Assembly (NCBI GenBank): GCA_964400325.1
Contig: CAYNUE010000001.1
Location: 49,867-113,866, forward strand
Direction of reading: 5' to 3'
DNA: 64,000 nucleotides
From: an uncultured Sangeribacter sp.
GTDB taxonomy: Bacteria > Bacteroidota > Bacteroidia > Bacteroidales > Muribaculaceae
The position numbers and the translations under genes are program-made. Below the pieces are notes generated by a model that was given only the letters and a program-made list of their open reading frames with translations, did not search any database and was not told where the DNA came from. Below, one piece after another: positions 9,458 to 19,423 of the stretch. Within the stretch, counting starts at the first letter, position 1. Each line of letters opens with the position of its first letter.

Positions 9458-10780
9458 ATGCAACGCTTCAGGACAATTACTGTTATCTGTCTGACGGCCA
9501 TTTTACTTCTGGTCGTTGGCAACGTATGGTATCTATACGGACTTTATGATACGATAAAGGCACAGACTATTCGCACCGTCACAGAGTGTGTGCGTCGTGC
9601 CGATATACTTGAGATAATCGCCCGAGTCAACGCTTCTTCCGAGTATGGAAATGATGATTCGTTTCTTAAAATGGTATTGGTAATCCAAGGTGAGAAGACA
9701 CCAGAGGGAGGGTATGATTATCCGAACATTCTGGAGCGGCTCAATCAGACAATGAGCGGTTATTTCCATTTTGTGGAAGAATCCGGTAGTTCAATAGGAG
9801 AGAGAAATTACGCTGTGTTGGATAGTGTATTTAATAAAGAACTGAACAATGCAGGGCTTTATCCGCGTGTGGCTACTATAGAGCCTTTTAGGGAAAAAGC
9901 AGATGACAGAAAGGATATGTGGTCTGTAGATTTTGCCCTATCCGAAGGTCAGACACCTGTTTACACAGCTTATTTCAGCACTCTTAACGAGTATATTCTG
10001 CGTCAGATGGCAGGTATAATACTCACTTCGGCAGCTATTCTTGTGCTTACAGGTTTTCTGATATGGTATCTGCTACACAGTGTAGGGAAGTTACGTACCA
10101 TAGAGCAGATGAAAGATGATTTTACCCACAACATGACGCACGAATTAAAGACTCCGGTGGCTGTGGCCTACTCGGCGGCTGACTCTATGCTACGCTATTA
10201 TGACCAGAGTGATGAGGCAAGAAATCGACAGTTTTTGAAAATTATAATGCAACGACTGAGTTTTCTGTCAGGTATGATTGAGAATATTTTGTCGATGAGT
10301 ATGGAACGTTTCCGTACAATGAAGTTGAACGTGGAATCTGTAGAACTCAGACCGCTTGTGACTGATATTGTCGGAATGTATGAACTAAAATCCAACAAGC
10401 CAATGACAATAGATATAAATATCCCCGATAGCCTTACTGTCATGGCTGACCCACTGCATTTCGGTAACGTAATTTCTAATCTTATTGATAATGCAATAAA
10501 ATATTCGGGCGATTATGTGAATATTGTAATTACGGCTAATACTGATGCTATTTCTGTGGCAGACAATGGTATCGGTATAGAAAAAGCCAAGATACCGTAT
10601 ATCTTTGATAAGTTCTATCGTGTCACTTCAGGTGACCGTTATGAAGTCGGTGGTTACGGTCTCGGACTTTTTTATGTCAGACAGATTACGGAATTATTGG
10701 GTTGGCATGTAGATGTCAGCAGTACCCCTGGTGAGGGAAGTGTATTTACCATTAAATTCAAGAATAATGAAAAAGGATAA
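9458..10780 (+). CDS. Two-component sensor histidine kinase
   Basis: Two TM segments, H-box THELKTP, N-box NLIDNAIKY, DNGIGI, GYGLGL. Confidence 0.95.
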   Translation: MQRFRTITVICLTAILLLVVGNVWYLYGLYDTIKAQTIRTVTECVRRADILEIIARVNASSEYGNDDSFLKMVLVIQGEKTPEGGYDYPNILERLNQTMSGYFHFVEESGSSIGERNYAVLDSVFNKELNNAGLYPRVATIEPFREKADDRKDMWSVDFALSEGQTPVYTAYFSTLNEYILRQMAGIILTSAAILVLTGFLIWYLLHSVGKLRTIEQMKDDFTHNMTHELKTPVAVAYSAADSMLRYYDQSDEARNRQFLKIIMQRLSFLSGMIENILSMSMERFRTMKLNVESVELRPLVTDIVGMYELKSNKPMTIDINIPDSLTVMADPLHFGNVISNLIDNAIKYSGDYVNIVITANTDAISVADNGIGIEKAKIPYIFDKFYRVTSGDRYEVGGYGLGLFYVRQITELLGWHVDVSSTPGEGSVFTIKFKNNEKG

Positions 10781-11456
10781 GGTACTTCTTGTGGAAGATG
10801 ACTCAACGTTGTCATTTATTGTTGAAGATGCTCTGAACCGTGAGGGGTTTGATGTAGTGTGTGCAGCAAACGGAGAGTCAGGTCTGAAACTCTTTCAAAG
10901 TACGCAGCCTGATGTTATTGTAGCTGATGTCATGATGCCTCGTATGGACGGTTTCGAAATGGTTCGGTTGATAAGGCTTACGGCTCCGTCTGTGCCTGTG
11001 TTGTTTCTTACAGCTCGCACGGCTCTTGATGATGTGGTCAAAGGTTTTGAACTTGGTGCTAACGATTATATCCGTAAGCCGTTTCAGATTCTTGAACTTG
11101 TAGTCAGGATAAAAGCATTATTGAAAAGAAGAAACAGAGGAGCAGCCGAAGATTCAAAACTTACCGTAGGTGACTGTACTCTTGATTTTTCTTCTCAACG
11201 ACTTACGACAGGTAGAAACACAACTGACCTATCGCATACTGAAGCGGTGATTATAGACGAGTTGTTTCGTCATCCTAATGAAGTAGTAGAGGCTAAGACA
11301 TTGATGTATCGGATATGGCAGAATGACGATTATAACAATCTCAACCGTCTGCATGGATTTATTTACAAAATACGCAAATATCTGGCAGCTTCTATTACGA
11401 CTGATATTATAAATGTTCGCGGCGTGGGGTATAAACTCACAGTGATGAGTAAGTGA
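10767..11456 (+). CDS. OmpR-family response regulator
   Basis: LLVEDD, DVMMP, FLTA, KPF and C-terminal NVRGVGY. Confidence 0.95.
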   Translation: MKKDKVLLVEDDSTLSFIVEDALNREGFDVVCAANGESGLKLFQSTQPDVIVADVMMPRMDGFEMVRLIRLTAPSVPVLFLTARTALDDVVKGFELGANDYIRKPFQILELVVRIKALLKRRNRGAAEDSKLTVGDCTLDFSSQRLTTGRNTTDLSHTEAVIIDELFRHPNEVVEAKTLMYRIWQNDDYNNLNRLHGFIYKIRKYLAASITTDIINVRGVGYKLTVMSK

Positions 11457-11827
11457 GAGGCTTTTTATATGCCGTGTGGAGCATTATAACGTAGGGGTAG
11501 GTGTGTGGGATAAGTTATAAAATCGAGAAAAATTCTTCTAATCTGATTAAAAAAATTAAGATAAAAAGAGAAAATTTTTTAAAAGATTATATAATTGTAA
11601 ATCAATATAATAATAGATTGGACAAATAAAAAATCATCACATTTATTAACAAAATCAGAACTTTTTTTAAAATAAGTCATTATATAGACAGATGACAATC
11701 TTAAATGATTGGAAAATGGTAAAAAGAACAAAACCTATTGCTTCATTGTTCCACAAAAGGTTGTTATAAACAATGTGTTTTTGGAGTTACCCCTCCACTT
11801 AATTAAAGCTAAACCAATTTTAAAACT

Positions 11828-12976
11828 ATGAAAAAGATTATTCTTACTACAGCTATGGCATTAGTCTCCATGTTCGTAGCATCTGCTCAAAAGGCAATTG
11901 AGACTCCGAAGTTTGGAGAGAACTGGTCGCTCGGTATCAAAGGCGGTGTCACTACTCCTATGGCACACGACCCATTCTTTAAAAGTATGCGACCTGTAAT
12001 TGGTCTTCAGCTCGATAAGAAAATAACCCCAACCTTCAAAGTAGGTGCTGAAGGCTTGTTCGCAATAAATACATCTAGCGTGAGAGGTCCTCACAGCAAA
12101 ACTGCTTTTGATGATTCGTATGTAGGTGCATTCGGTGCAGTCAACCTCTTTAACCTCTTCGGTGGTTATCCCGGTCACACACGTCCATTTGACATCGAGG
12201 CTCAGGCGGGTGCCGGTTGGGGTCACAGATTTGAGACTGCTGTTAAAGATATTAACTATTTCGGTACTAAGGCTGGTCTCAATTTCAACTTCAACGTAAG
12301 TGACCAGGTGACAGTATCAGTTAGTCCGTCAGTTCTTTGGAACATGACTGGTAGTCCTGAGGTTAAGCAGTCTACTGCTTCATACGATAAGAATCGTGCT
12401 AACTTCAATCTTACCGCAGGTGTTGCATACAACTTTGGTGGTAATGGCTTCAGAACCGTAAGACCTTATGACCAAGCTGAGGTTGATGCTCTTAATGGAC
12501 AGCTCAACGAGCTCCGTGGTGTAGTTGATGCTCAGGCAGCTGAAAACGCAGCTCTCGCCGCTACTGCATCTGCTCTTGCAAATCAGGTTGAACAGCTTAA
12601 GAACCAGCCCCCGAAGGTAGTTGAACAGGTTAAGGTTAAGAACAACCTTGAGTCAGTACGTTATGTCTTCTTCAAGATAGGTTCGTCAGTAATTGGTGCT
12701 GACCAGCAGCCGAACGTAGAGATGATTGCCGCTTACCTCAATAACCACCCCGGAAGCAAGGTTGTTATCAAGGGTTATGCTTCAAAAGACGGTCCGGAAG
12801 AGCTCAATATCCGTCTTGCTAACCAGCGTGCTAACTCAGTTAAGGATGCTCTTATGAAGCGTTACAAGATTCCGGCATCAAGAATCCAGGCTGAAGGTTG
12901 CGGTATTGGTGAGATGTTCGAGGAAGAATCATGGAACCGTGTAGCCATCTGTATCCTTGAGACAGCTACAAAATAA
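11828..12976 (+). CDS. ompA: OmpA-family outer membrane protein
   Basis: Signal peptide, beta-barrel, coiled linker, OmpA C-domain (GYAS.DG...NIRLANQRA...NRV); biased codon usage. Confidence 0.9.
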   Translation: MKKIILTTAMALVSMFVASAQKAIETPKFGENWSLGIKGGVTTPMAHDPFFKSMRPVIGLQLDKKITPTFKVGAEGLFAINTSSVRGPHSKTAFDDSYVGAFGAVNLFNLFGGYPGHTRPFDIEAQAGAGWGHRFETAVKDINYFGTKAGLNFNFNVSDQVTVSVSPSVLWNMTGSPEVKQSTASYDKNRANFNLTAGVAYNFGGNGFRTVRPYDQAEVDALNGQLNELRGVVDAQAAENAALAATASALANQVEQLKNQPPKVVEQVKVKNNLESVRYVFFKIGSSVIGADQQPNVEMIAAYLNNHPGSKVVIKGYASKDGPEELNIRLANQRANSVKDALMKRYKIPASRIQAEGCGIGEMFEEESWNRVAICILETATK

Positions 12977-13017
12977 TCCGCTGTACAGATTATAGAAAAG
13001 AAAGAACAGTAAAATTT

Positions 13018-13074
13018 AAATAGCTTTGAATCCCGGTTCGCTGCCTGTCAGCGGACCGGGATTCAAAGCTATTT
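13018..13074. terminator. Bidirectional intrinsic terminator
   Basis: AAATAGCTTTGAATCCCGGT...ACCGGGATTCAAAGCTATTT between convergent ompA and the HxlR gene. Confidence 0.75.
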
Positions 13075-13425
13075 ATTTCCATACTTTTTATAAAATAAGT
13101 CAAAGTGTTCCTGACCCCATTTGAGCATGGCATCTATTATTGGTAATAATGATTTACCAAGTTCGGTAATGGTGTATTCGGAGCGTGGTGGCAGTTCAGG
13201 ATAAATGGTCTTGGCTACCAGACCGTCCTCAACCATTTCTTTTAACTGAATATCTAATACCCGAGGGGCAGCTTCGGGTAAGAGACGATGAATTTCACTC
13301 GGTCGTAGACCGTGGCCTAAACGTAGTTCATCAAGAATACAGGACTTCCACTTTGATTCTATCAGGCTCATTGTCAGTCGTAGTGGACAATCAAGATCAA
13401 TAGGTATCTTCTTTTCGTATGCCAT
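13069..13425 (-). CDS. HxlR-family winged-helix regulator
   Basis: CPLRLTMSLIESKWK, LKEMVEDGLV, YPELPPRSEYTIT. Confidence 0.9.
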   Translation of the reverse strand: MAYEKKIPIDLDCPLRLTMSLIESKWKSCILDELRLGHGLRPSEIHRLLPEAAPRVLDIQLKEMVEDGLVAKTIYPELPPRSEYTITELGKSLLPIIDAMLKWGQEHFDLFYKKYGNK

Positions 13426-13472
13426 ATTAGATAAATTATAGTGCAAAGTTAGGGAATAGTCATGAAAACCGT

Positions 13473-13532
13473 AGTACCGAAAAATTTTTCGGTATACGAA
13501 AATTTTTTCGGTACTTGATTGTAAGAAAGTAC
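13473..13532. promoter_or_regulatory. Palindromic operator cluster between the HxlR gene and the divergent redox operon
   Basis: Perfect palindrome TACCGAAAAATTTTTCGGTA, a second imperfect copy, and GTACTT...AAGTAC just before TAACTTTG. Confidence 0.5.
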
Positions 13533-13579
13533 ATTTGTAACTTTGCACTCAGATAAATAAACTTAATATATAGAAAATT

Positions 13580-13963
13580 ATGAGAGATAAAATCAAAGAA
13601 TATGAGGCAGTATCCAAAGCTGCTGAACTGTTTGTGAAGAGTGTAGCTGAGGGTAATAGTGAGCATGCGAAAAAACTCTTCACAGATGATGCGGTTCTCT
13701 TCGGTATACTGAACGGTAGTATGGAACATGGCTCGATTCAGCAATTTTATACCAATGTCGACACAGTAGGTGCTGATGCTAATTTCAAAGCACGCATTGA
13801 TGTAATAGCTGTAGAAGAAACAGTTGCCGTTGTACGTGTGCTTGAAGAAGGTTGGGGTGGAAGCATAGATTTTACTGATTTCCTCCTCCTTCTAAAAATT
13901 AATGGGGAATGGAAGTGTGTGGCAAAAGCATATAACCAGAATTCAGATACTATCAAAAAATGA
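13580..13963 (+). CDS. NTF2/SnoaL-like (lumazine-binding family) protein
   Basis: FTDFLLLLKINGEWKCVAK signature. Confidence 0.8.
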   Translation: MRDKIKEYEAVSKAAELFVKSVAEGNSEHAKKLFTDDAVLFGILNGSMEHGSIQQFYTNVDTVGADANFKARIDVIAVEETVAVVRVLEEGWGGSIDFTDFLLLLKINGEWKCVAKAYNQNSDTIKK

Positions 13964-14499
13964 AAATTACAGTCATCACCGGCAGCCCTCGTAAAAACGG
14001 CAACACATTTGCAATGGTAGATTCGTTTATCAAAGCTGCTGAAGCTAAAGGTCACGAAGTGGTGCGTTTTGATGCAGCCATGATGAAAATCGGCGGCTGT
14101 CATGCCTGTATGACATGTTTCAAGACTGGGAAGGCATGTTCGTTTGATGATGACTTCAATATCATTGCTCCTCATATTCTTGATGCTGATGCTATTGTAT
14201 ATGCCATGCCAGTTTACTGGTATTCTATTCCGGCGCAAATCAAAGGTGTAATTGACCGTGTTTTCTCTTTCTGTGTGGCTGAAAAGCCTATAACTGGGAA
14301 GAAAATGGGTCTTATATGTTGTTGCGAAGAACATGATCCTTCTGTGATGGACGGTGTGAGATTTCCGATGGAGCGTACCGCTGCACTTCTGAAATGGGAT
14401 ATTGTAGGAGAAGTACTTGTGCCGGGTGTCTTTGTCGAAGGCGATATAGACAAGACCGATGGCTGTGCTCAGGCGGCCGCCCTCGCTGAGAAATTCTAA
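13960..14499 (+). CDS. Iron-sulfur flavoprotein / NADPH-dependent FMN reductase
   Basis: GSPRKNGNT, CHACMTC...C, PVYWY. Confidence 0.88.
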   Translation: MKITVITGSPRKNGNTFAMVDSFIKAAEAKGHEVVRFDAAMMKIGGCHACMTCFKTGKACSFDDDFNIIAPHILDADAIVYAMPVYWYSIPAQIKGVIDRVFSFCVAEKPITGKKMGLICCCEEHDPSVMDGVRFPMERTAALLKWDIVGEVLVPGVFVEGDIDKTDGCAQAAALAEKF

Positions 14500-14511
14500 A
14501 AATATTTTATT

Positions 14512-14745
14512 ATGAAGAAAACTGTAGTATCGGCATTGGCTGTTTCCTCTTTATTCATATCGTCTTGTGCTGGAGACACTAAATGTGAAAGTGATTCGAG
14601 CGATACGGCAGTACACCGTACTGTTTCGGAAGGACAGGAATGGAAAGAAATCACACCCACTGAATTAAAGAATTCGGTTCAGATGTTTGATAAGGACTGG
14701 ATGGCATTGGCAGTCGGCAAAAAAGATGATATGAATGTCGTATAA
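14512..14745 (+). pseudogene. Truncated flavin-reductase-like lipoprotein
   Basis: Lipobox ISSC; stops at KDWMALAVGKKDDMN, the start of a flavin reductase domain, and is followed by non-coding AT-rich DNA. Confidence 0.55.
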
Positions 14746-14911
14746 TATATAGCGCACCTTTTGATATTAGTAGAATGAAAGGCGGACTTGAAGATTATTA
14801 TCCTGAACACGGTATGGGAGTCCATACTATGTATATAGGAGAAATAATTCATGTCTGGGAAAAAAACTGAATATAGACTCTCCTTTATAATAGAAAGATG
14901 CATCGAATAAA

Positions 14912-14947
14912 GCCATCACAGATATTTGCCCAAATATCTGTGATGGC
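14912..14947. terminator. Inverted repeat / terminator
   Basis: GCCATCACAGATATTTG-cc-CAAATATCTGTGATGGC downstream of 15000..16331. Confidence 0.6.
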
Positions 14948-14999
14948 GGCTTGCTTATGAAGTATCATCGTTAATCTAGGGTAGGGATAAAAATCAATG

Positions 15000-16331
15000 T
15001 TATTTGATTTTTAATGTATTTTTGATTTCTGAGTAGGGAACAACAAAATGAATTACACCTTCTACGAAGCTACCCATCTCATAAGGCTGATAGGTAAATA
15101 CCACGCCCTTATTTGTCATTGCGGGCCGTGGATATATTTTTCCATTGACTATTTCCTTGAGTATTTCTGAAGAGTTGTTTTCAATATTATCCTCGCCTAA
15201 ATCAGCTGTGAATAAAATTTCTGAATTTATGTCGTTGTGTTTATAATCATTGATGTGTCTTTCGAGCTTTTTAATAACAGAATCGAACTTCTTTGACTTA
15301 AAAAGTTCTTTGGCTCCAAGTAACTTACCTGTAGTTTTGTCAAAAGTTAGATAATATTCCTCCATGAAGCCGTGGAGTCCCATAGCGTAATAGAAAGTAT
15401 AAAAACGATAGGTAATATATTTGCCATCTTTACTTTGCCATACTGGGTTCATCTTAAAAAGATAGTCATATTTAGGACCTAATTTTTTCCCATCCTCATC
15501 TACCTTATCAAAATCGCGTCTATATAGGCGTTCATGTTCTTTTGCATAGTGAGCAGCAATCTGTTCGGGTGTTGAGATGGATGCATCTAATTTTCTTAAT
15601 CGTTTGGGGTCTCTTGCTATTCCATAGTATTGATTTAGAATCTTGTCTATACCTTTGTTATCGAGATATAGAGCAGCTATATCATTATTAATTACGGTTT
15701 TCATGAACTCCCGTGTCCATACAGGTACATCGTGAGGAAGATAAGTCTGAAAGAAAAAATCACAGTTCCATGAAGAGTCTGATAGTTGGAATGAATATGA
15801 GTATGTATGCTTTTCCCAACCTTTGTTAGTAGCATATATATCCATCAGATTGATTTCATGCGGAAGATTACGCACACTGAAACACATTGTATCAATACCA
15901 AATTTAATGTATACGGTTTCGCCATTAATCCATACACCATTGTGCATATCGACAATGAGCGATGTGTCGGGTACGGCACCTTCACGGAGAATAATGAACA
16001 TAGTCTGGTCAATAGAGGAAACCTCTTGTGAACTTGTAGTACCTCCGAAAAATATACATACAGTGGTATTATCGTATTGTGCGATTGTGTCGCCATAATA
16101 AGGCTTTGATTCTACTTCCTCTTCTACTTCGTCTTCGGAGGATTGAATAATCTCAGCTACTGTTTTCTCCACTTCCTTAGACTCCGAAATGTCCTCTATT
16201 GTATCTGCCACCTCTTCTGCACCGTCCAGTTGGTTGAATTTGAGTGTGAACCATGAGGGATTATTGGCATATATGACAAAAATTACAGATACAATAATGA
16301 CTGTAATAATAAATGACAGGAGGTGTTTCAT
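15000..16331 (-). CDS. Membrane-anchored DUF3298/RsiV-like protein
   Basis: N-terminal TM; YAMGLHG, TFDKTTGKLL, VFTYQPYEMGSFVEG...VPY. Confidence 0.7.
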   Translation of the reverse strand: MKHLLSFIITVIIVSVIFVIYANNPSWFTLKFNQLDGAEEVADTIEDISESKEVEKTVAEIIQSSEDEVEEEVESKPYYGDTIAQYDNTTVCIFFGGTTSSQEVSSIDQTMFIILREGAVPDTSLIVDMHNGVWINGETVYIKFGIDTMCFSVRNLPHEINLMDIYATNKGWEKHTYSYSFQLSDSSWNCDFFFQTYLPHDVPVWTREFMKTVINNDIAALYLDNKGIDKILNQYYGIARDPKRLRKLDASISTPEQIAAHYAKEHERLYRRDFDKVDEDGKKLGPKYDYLFKMNPVWQSKDGKYITYRFYTFYYAMGLHGFMEEYYLTFDKTTGKLLGAKELFKSKKFDSVIKKLERHINDYKHNDINSEILFTADLGEDNIENNSSEILKEIVNGKIYPRPAMTNKGVVFTYQPYEMGSFVEGVIHFVVPYSEIKNTLKIK

Positions 16332-16416
16332 AATGATGTAGTTTGTGTACCGTGTATGCAGTTTGATAATAGAGAGTTTACAAAGGGTCTTTTCCTATCA
16401 CTTGTAGAAAAAATTT

Positions 16417-16500
16417 TAAGTAGCTCTTAGAAATTAATGAACTATAAAACACATGGTATACTTAAGAAATATATGCCGTTTAATTTTTAAGAGCTACTTA
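16417..16500. repeat. 84-bp element with 21-bp terminal inverted repeats (MITE-like)
   Basis: TAAGTAGCTCTTAGAAATTAA ... TTAATTTTTAAGAGCTACTTA (1 mismatch); related half-sites occur elsewhere in the window. Confidence 0.55.
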
Positions 16501-16501
16501 G

Positions 16502-17389
16502 TTATTTTGACTTACGGTATATCTGCCAGCTGTTGAAGATATTTTGCCATATTGAATAGAAGGCCATGCCCACTGAAGCTATAGGATTGAGAAAGGTGTT
16601 GAGTATCCATATTCCCATAGCCGAATTTTTTTGTGCAAGCAGCTGTCCACCTGCTACTGTGTCGTTATAATATTTTCCAATTAAACGTCCTGATAGAAAC
16701 TGTATAAAGCATATAATCAGTGATACAACTCCGAGCCAGAATACGTTTCCGACATCACTGTGCCATCTTGCAACAACGAAATCTGCTGTTTGGCCTATGG
16801 TGATAAACAATGCGAAGGCCCACAGATAAAATGACCAGTGCTTATAGGCCGCTATTTTGGCATTGAGTTTAGGAAGCCATTTTTGTAGTGTAAGGACTAC
16901 AAAAAAGGGTAGGGCAATGACTACAGCAATTTTACAAAATATCAGTATAAAAGAACTAATCAGTGATACTCCTTCTGTTTCACTTATCAGTGAGATGTAA
17001 ATAGGTGCAGTGATAGCTACTAATAGATTACCTATGATGGTATAAGTGGTAGTGCGCATAGGGTCAGCGCCTAACATCGAAGCTACTACTGTCACTGAGG
17101 ATGCTACTGGGCAAAGCACACACATCATAGCTCCTTGTGCAATCACTTCATTTGATGTAAACACCATGACAATCTGATAACTAATGAAACTTACAATCAC
17201 CTGAAACATGGCTATCCACAAATCGAGTTTTGCTGGTCGTAACCGTGACAACTTTACTCCAGAGAAGGTGAGTACAAGAATTGCGAAAATTACGTATGGT
17301 ACCATAAATGATACCATGGCACATAGTTGCCGCAAGAAGTAACCGCCTACTAAGGCTATGGGTAATACAAGACTTTTGTAACGTTGCAT
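16502..17389 (-). CDS. Bile acid:sodium symporter-like membrane transporter
   Basis: Multi-TM; CPVASSVTV, QLLAQKNS, YSIWQN motifs. Confidence 0.75.
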   Translation of the reverse strand: MQRYKSLVLPIALVGGYFLRQLCAMVSFMVPYVIFAILVLTFSGVKLSRLRPAKLDLWIAMFQVIVSFISYQIVMVFTSNEVIAQGAMMCVLCPVASSVTVVASMLGADPMRTTTYTIIGNLLVAITAPIYISLISETEGVSLISSFILIFCKIAVVIALPFFVVLTLQKWLPKLNAKIAAYKHWSFYLWAFALFITIGQTADFVVARWHSDVGNVFWLGVVSLIICFIQFLSGRLIGKYYNDTVAGGQLLAQKNSAMGIWILNTFLNPIASVGMAFYSIWQNIFNSWQIYRKSK

Positions 17390-17506
17390 TGTTGTAGTTT
17401 TTAAGAACTACTTAATTACATTGATTTTGACTGCGAAATTAACTAAAATTGGACGATTATAAGTATATTCGCATTACCAAAAGTTTATCAAAAAAACAGC
17501 AGTAAT

Positions 17507-18010
17507 ATGTTAGAATTACGTGTCGCTACCCCAGGCGATATGCCGATTATAATGGAAATATGTAATGATGCTCGCTATTTTCAAAGGGCACAAGGTTTTA
17601 TGCAATGGCCTGACGGCTACCCTTCAGAAACTGTCATTACAGCCGATATAAGTGCCTCAAGAGGTTTTATGATTCTTCTTGATGGTAGAGTGGTAGGATA
17701 TTGTGTTATTGATTTTGCCGGCGAAACAGCATACGACATACTTTCAGATGTCTGGACGGTATCAGGTCCCTACGCAGCTGTTCACAGGCTTGCTCTGTCA
17801 GCAGATACGAGAGGTAAAAAATTAGGATTGCCTATTCTTAGAGTTATTGAACAATTTGTTCTTGACAATGGTGTCAGAGTAATTAGGGTCGACACTGGAT
17901 TGGAAAACGTCCGTATGCAGCGTTTACTTGCTTCAGCCGGTTACTCCAACTGTGGAATTCATGAGTTTGAATGGGGAGTGCGTATTGCATACGAAATTAG
18001 TCTTCAGTAA
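17507..18010 (+). CDS. GNAT acetyltransferase
   Basis: HRLALSADTRGKKLG, IRVDT...N..MQRLL. Confidence 0.88.
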   Translation: MLELRVATPGDMPIIMEICNDARYFQRAQGFMQWPDGYPSETVITADISASRGFMILLDGRVVGYCVIDFAGETAYDILSDVWTVSGPYAAVHRLALSADTRGKKLGLPILRVIEQFVLDNGVRVIRVDTGLENVRMQRLLASAGYSNCGIHEFEWGVRIAYEISLQ

Positions 18011-18011
18011 A

Positions 18012-18509
18012 ATGGAAAGAGTGCTTATTATAGGATGTCCAGGGTCGGGCAAAAGTACTTTTGCCCGCAGACTATCTGAACTGACTGGATTGCCGCTGTA
18101 TTATCTTGATATGTTGTGGCATAAGCCTGACCGTACGACTGTGAGTCGTGAATATTTTGATTTGCAGCTTGATAAGATCTTGTATAAAGATAGGTGGATT
18201 ATAGATGGTAATTATTCCAGAACCTTATCTCACAGGTTAGAGAGGTGTGATACAGTATTTCTATTTGATTTGCCTACAGAAGTGTGTATTGAGGGTGTAC
18301 GGCAGCGCATCGGTACCAAACGTCCTGATATGCCATGGATTGAGACTGAATTTGATGAGGAATTCCGTCAGTGGATACTTAATTTCTCTAAGGATAGACT
18401 TCCGGAAATCAAATCAATCCTATCAAAAAGAGACGCTTCGATAAAACTTGTGATATTCACCTCGCGCCTTGAAGCAGATGAATATCTCAAACTACTCAGT
18501 AGGAAATAA
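18012..18509 (+). CDS. Adenylate kinase-like / FlaR topology-modulation P-loop protein
   Basis: GCPGSGKST, WIIDGNY. Confidence 0.85.
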   Translation: MERVLIIGCPGSGKSTFARRLSELTGLPLYYLDMLWHKPDRTTVSREYFDLQLDKILYKDRWIIDGNYSRTLSHRLERCDTVFLFDLPTEVCIEGVRQRIGTKRPDMPWIETEFDEEFRQWILNFSKDRLPEIKSILSKRDASIKLVIFTSRLEADEYLKLLSRK

Positions 18510-18526
18510 AATCCAGAAGTAGTAAG

Positions 18527-18748
18527 CTATCTTGAACCAAATATTATACCACTTTTTACTCGCCTTTGTAATACTCTGAAACGGTCGAAACAAAGGTAAG
18601 TCAAGAGTGCGATACGGGCTAAATCAAACCATGCCTTGCCTGAAGTCGGGTTTATGATAATGTCCCATAAACAACTGATAATACATGTAACTCCGATAAC
18701 TACAAGAGTTAAAGAGATATTGCGCTTGACACGATTACTGATTTTCAT
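18527..18748 (-). CDS. Small two-TM hypothetical protein
   Basis: ATG start with A-rich leader; two hydrophobic helices. Confidence 0.55.
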   Translation of the reverse strand: MKISNRVKRNISLTLVVIGVTCIISCLWDIIINPTSGKAWFDLARIALLTYLCFDRFRVLQRRVKSGIIFGSR

Positions 18749-18894
18749 ATATAAGGGTAAAGGTTAAATATGCACAAAGATAACACTTTTTATATATCTA
18801 TACAACAGTTTGGTATGTCTGTATTTAAACTTTATGATTGATTTATACTCAAAGTAATAGAAAGTTGTTAGAATTATATAAAAAGAAAAATATT

Positions 18895-19329
18895 ATGCGT
18901 GCAATTCTATGGAGTTTGACAACGGTAATTATATTAGCGTTGTCTTCTGAAATGACAGTTTCTGCGACAGTATCTTCCTCTGCTGTTTCTTCAGTCATGG
19001 TTGATCATCATCGTCCTGGACGTCCTGGTGGAAACCCCGGTCATAATCCTTCTAAAAGTAAAGAATTTCAGCGTTTGATGCGTAAAGCAGACGAGTGTCG
19101 TTCCAAGGCTGCTAATTATAAACGTCAGGCGCAGGAAAAACTGCGTCTGTCAGAACGCTACAGTCACGAAGCCCATGAATATAGTCGCCGTCATCAGTAC
19201 AGTCGTTCTCAAGCTGCACAGAAAAAGGCGGATAAGGCTATGCAAAAATACAATGAATTGATGCGTAAGGCTGCTGACCAGGACCGTAAGGCAGCTGAAT
19301 ATGAACGTCAGGCACAACACAGACGTTAA
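18895..19329 (+). CDS. Secreted basic helical-repeat hypothetical protein
   Basis: Signal peptide from ATG 18895; internal repeat LMRKA..xRxKAA.Y.RQAQ. Confidence 0.65.
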   Translation: MRAILWSLTTVIILALSSEMTVSATVSSSAVSSVMVDHHRPGRPGGNPGHNPSKSKEFQRLMRKADECRSKAANYKRQAQEKLRLSERYSHEAHEYSRRHQYSRSQAAQKKADKAMQKYNELMRKAADQDRKAAEYERQAQHRR

Positions 19330-19342
19330 GTACTGTCGTAGA

Positions 19343-19423
19343 AAACCTAAAATATGGATATAAAGTCAAAGCCTTCGTATTGGTGATACGAAGGCTTTGA
19401 CTTTATATCCATATTTTAGGTTT
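19343..19423. terminator. Perfect 38-bp inverted repeat with 5-nt loop, bidirectional terminator
   Basis: AAACCTAAAATATGGATATAAAGTCAAAGCCTTCGTAT-tggtg-exact reverse complement, between convergent genes. Confidence 0.75.

Noticed and set aside
13747-14334. 195-aa minus-strand ORF, and similar antisense ORFs throughout the track (e.g. 11861..12226, 41255..41650, 46159..46551)
   Set aside because: They lie fully antisense to well-supported genes and carry no recognisable motifs.
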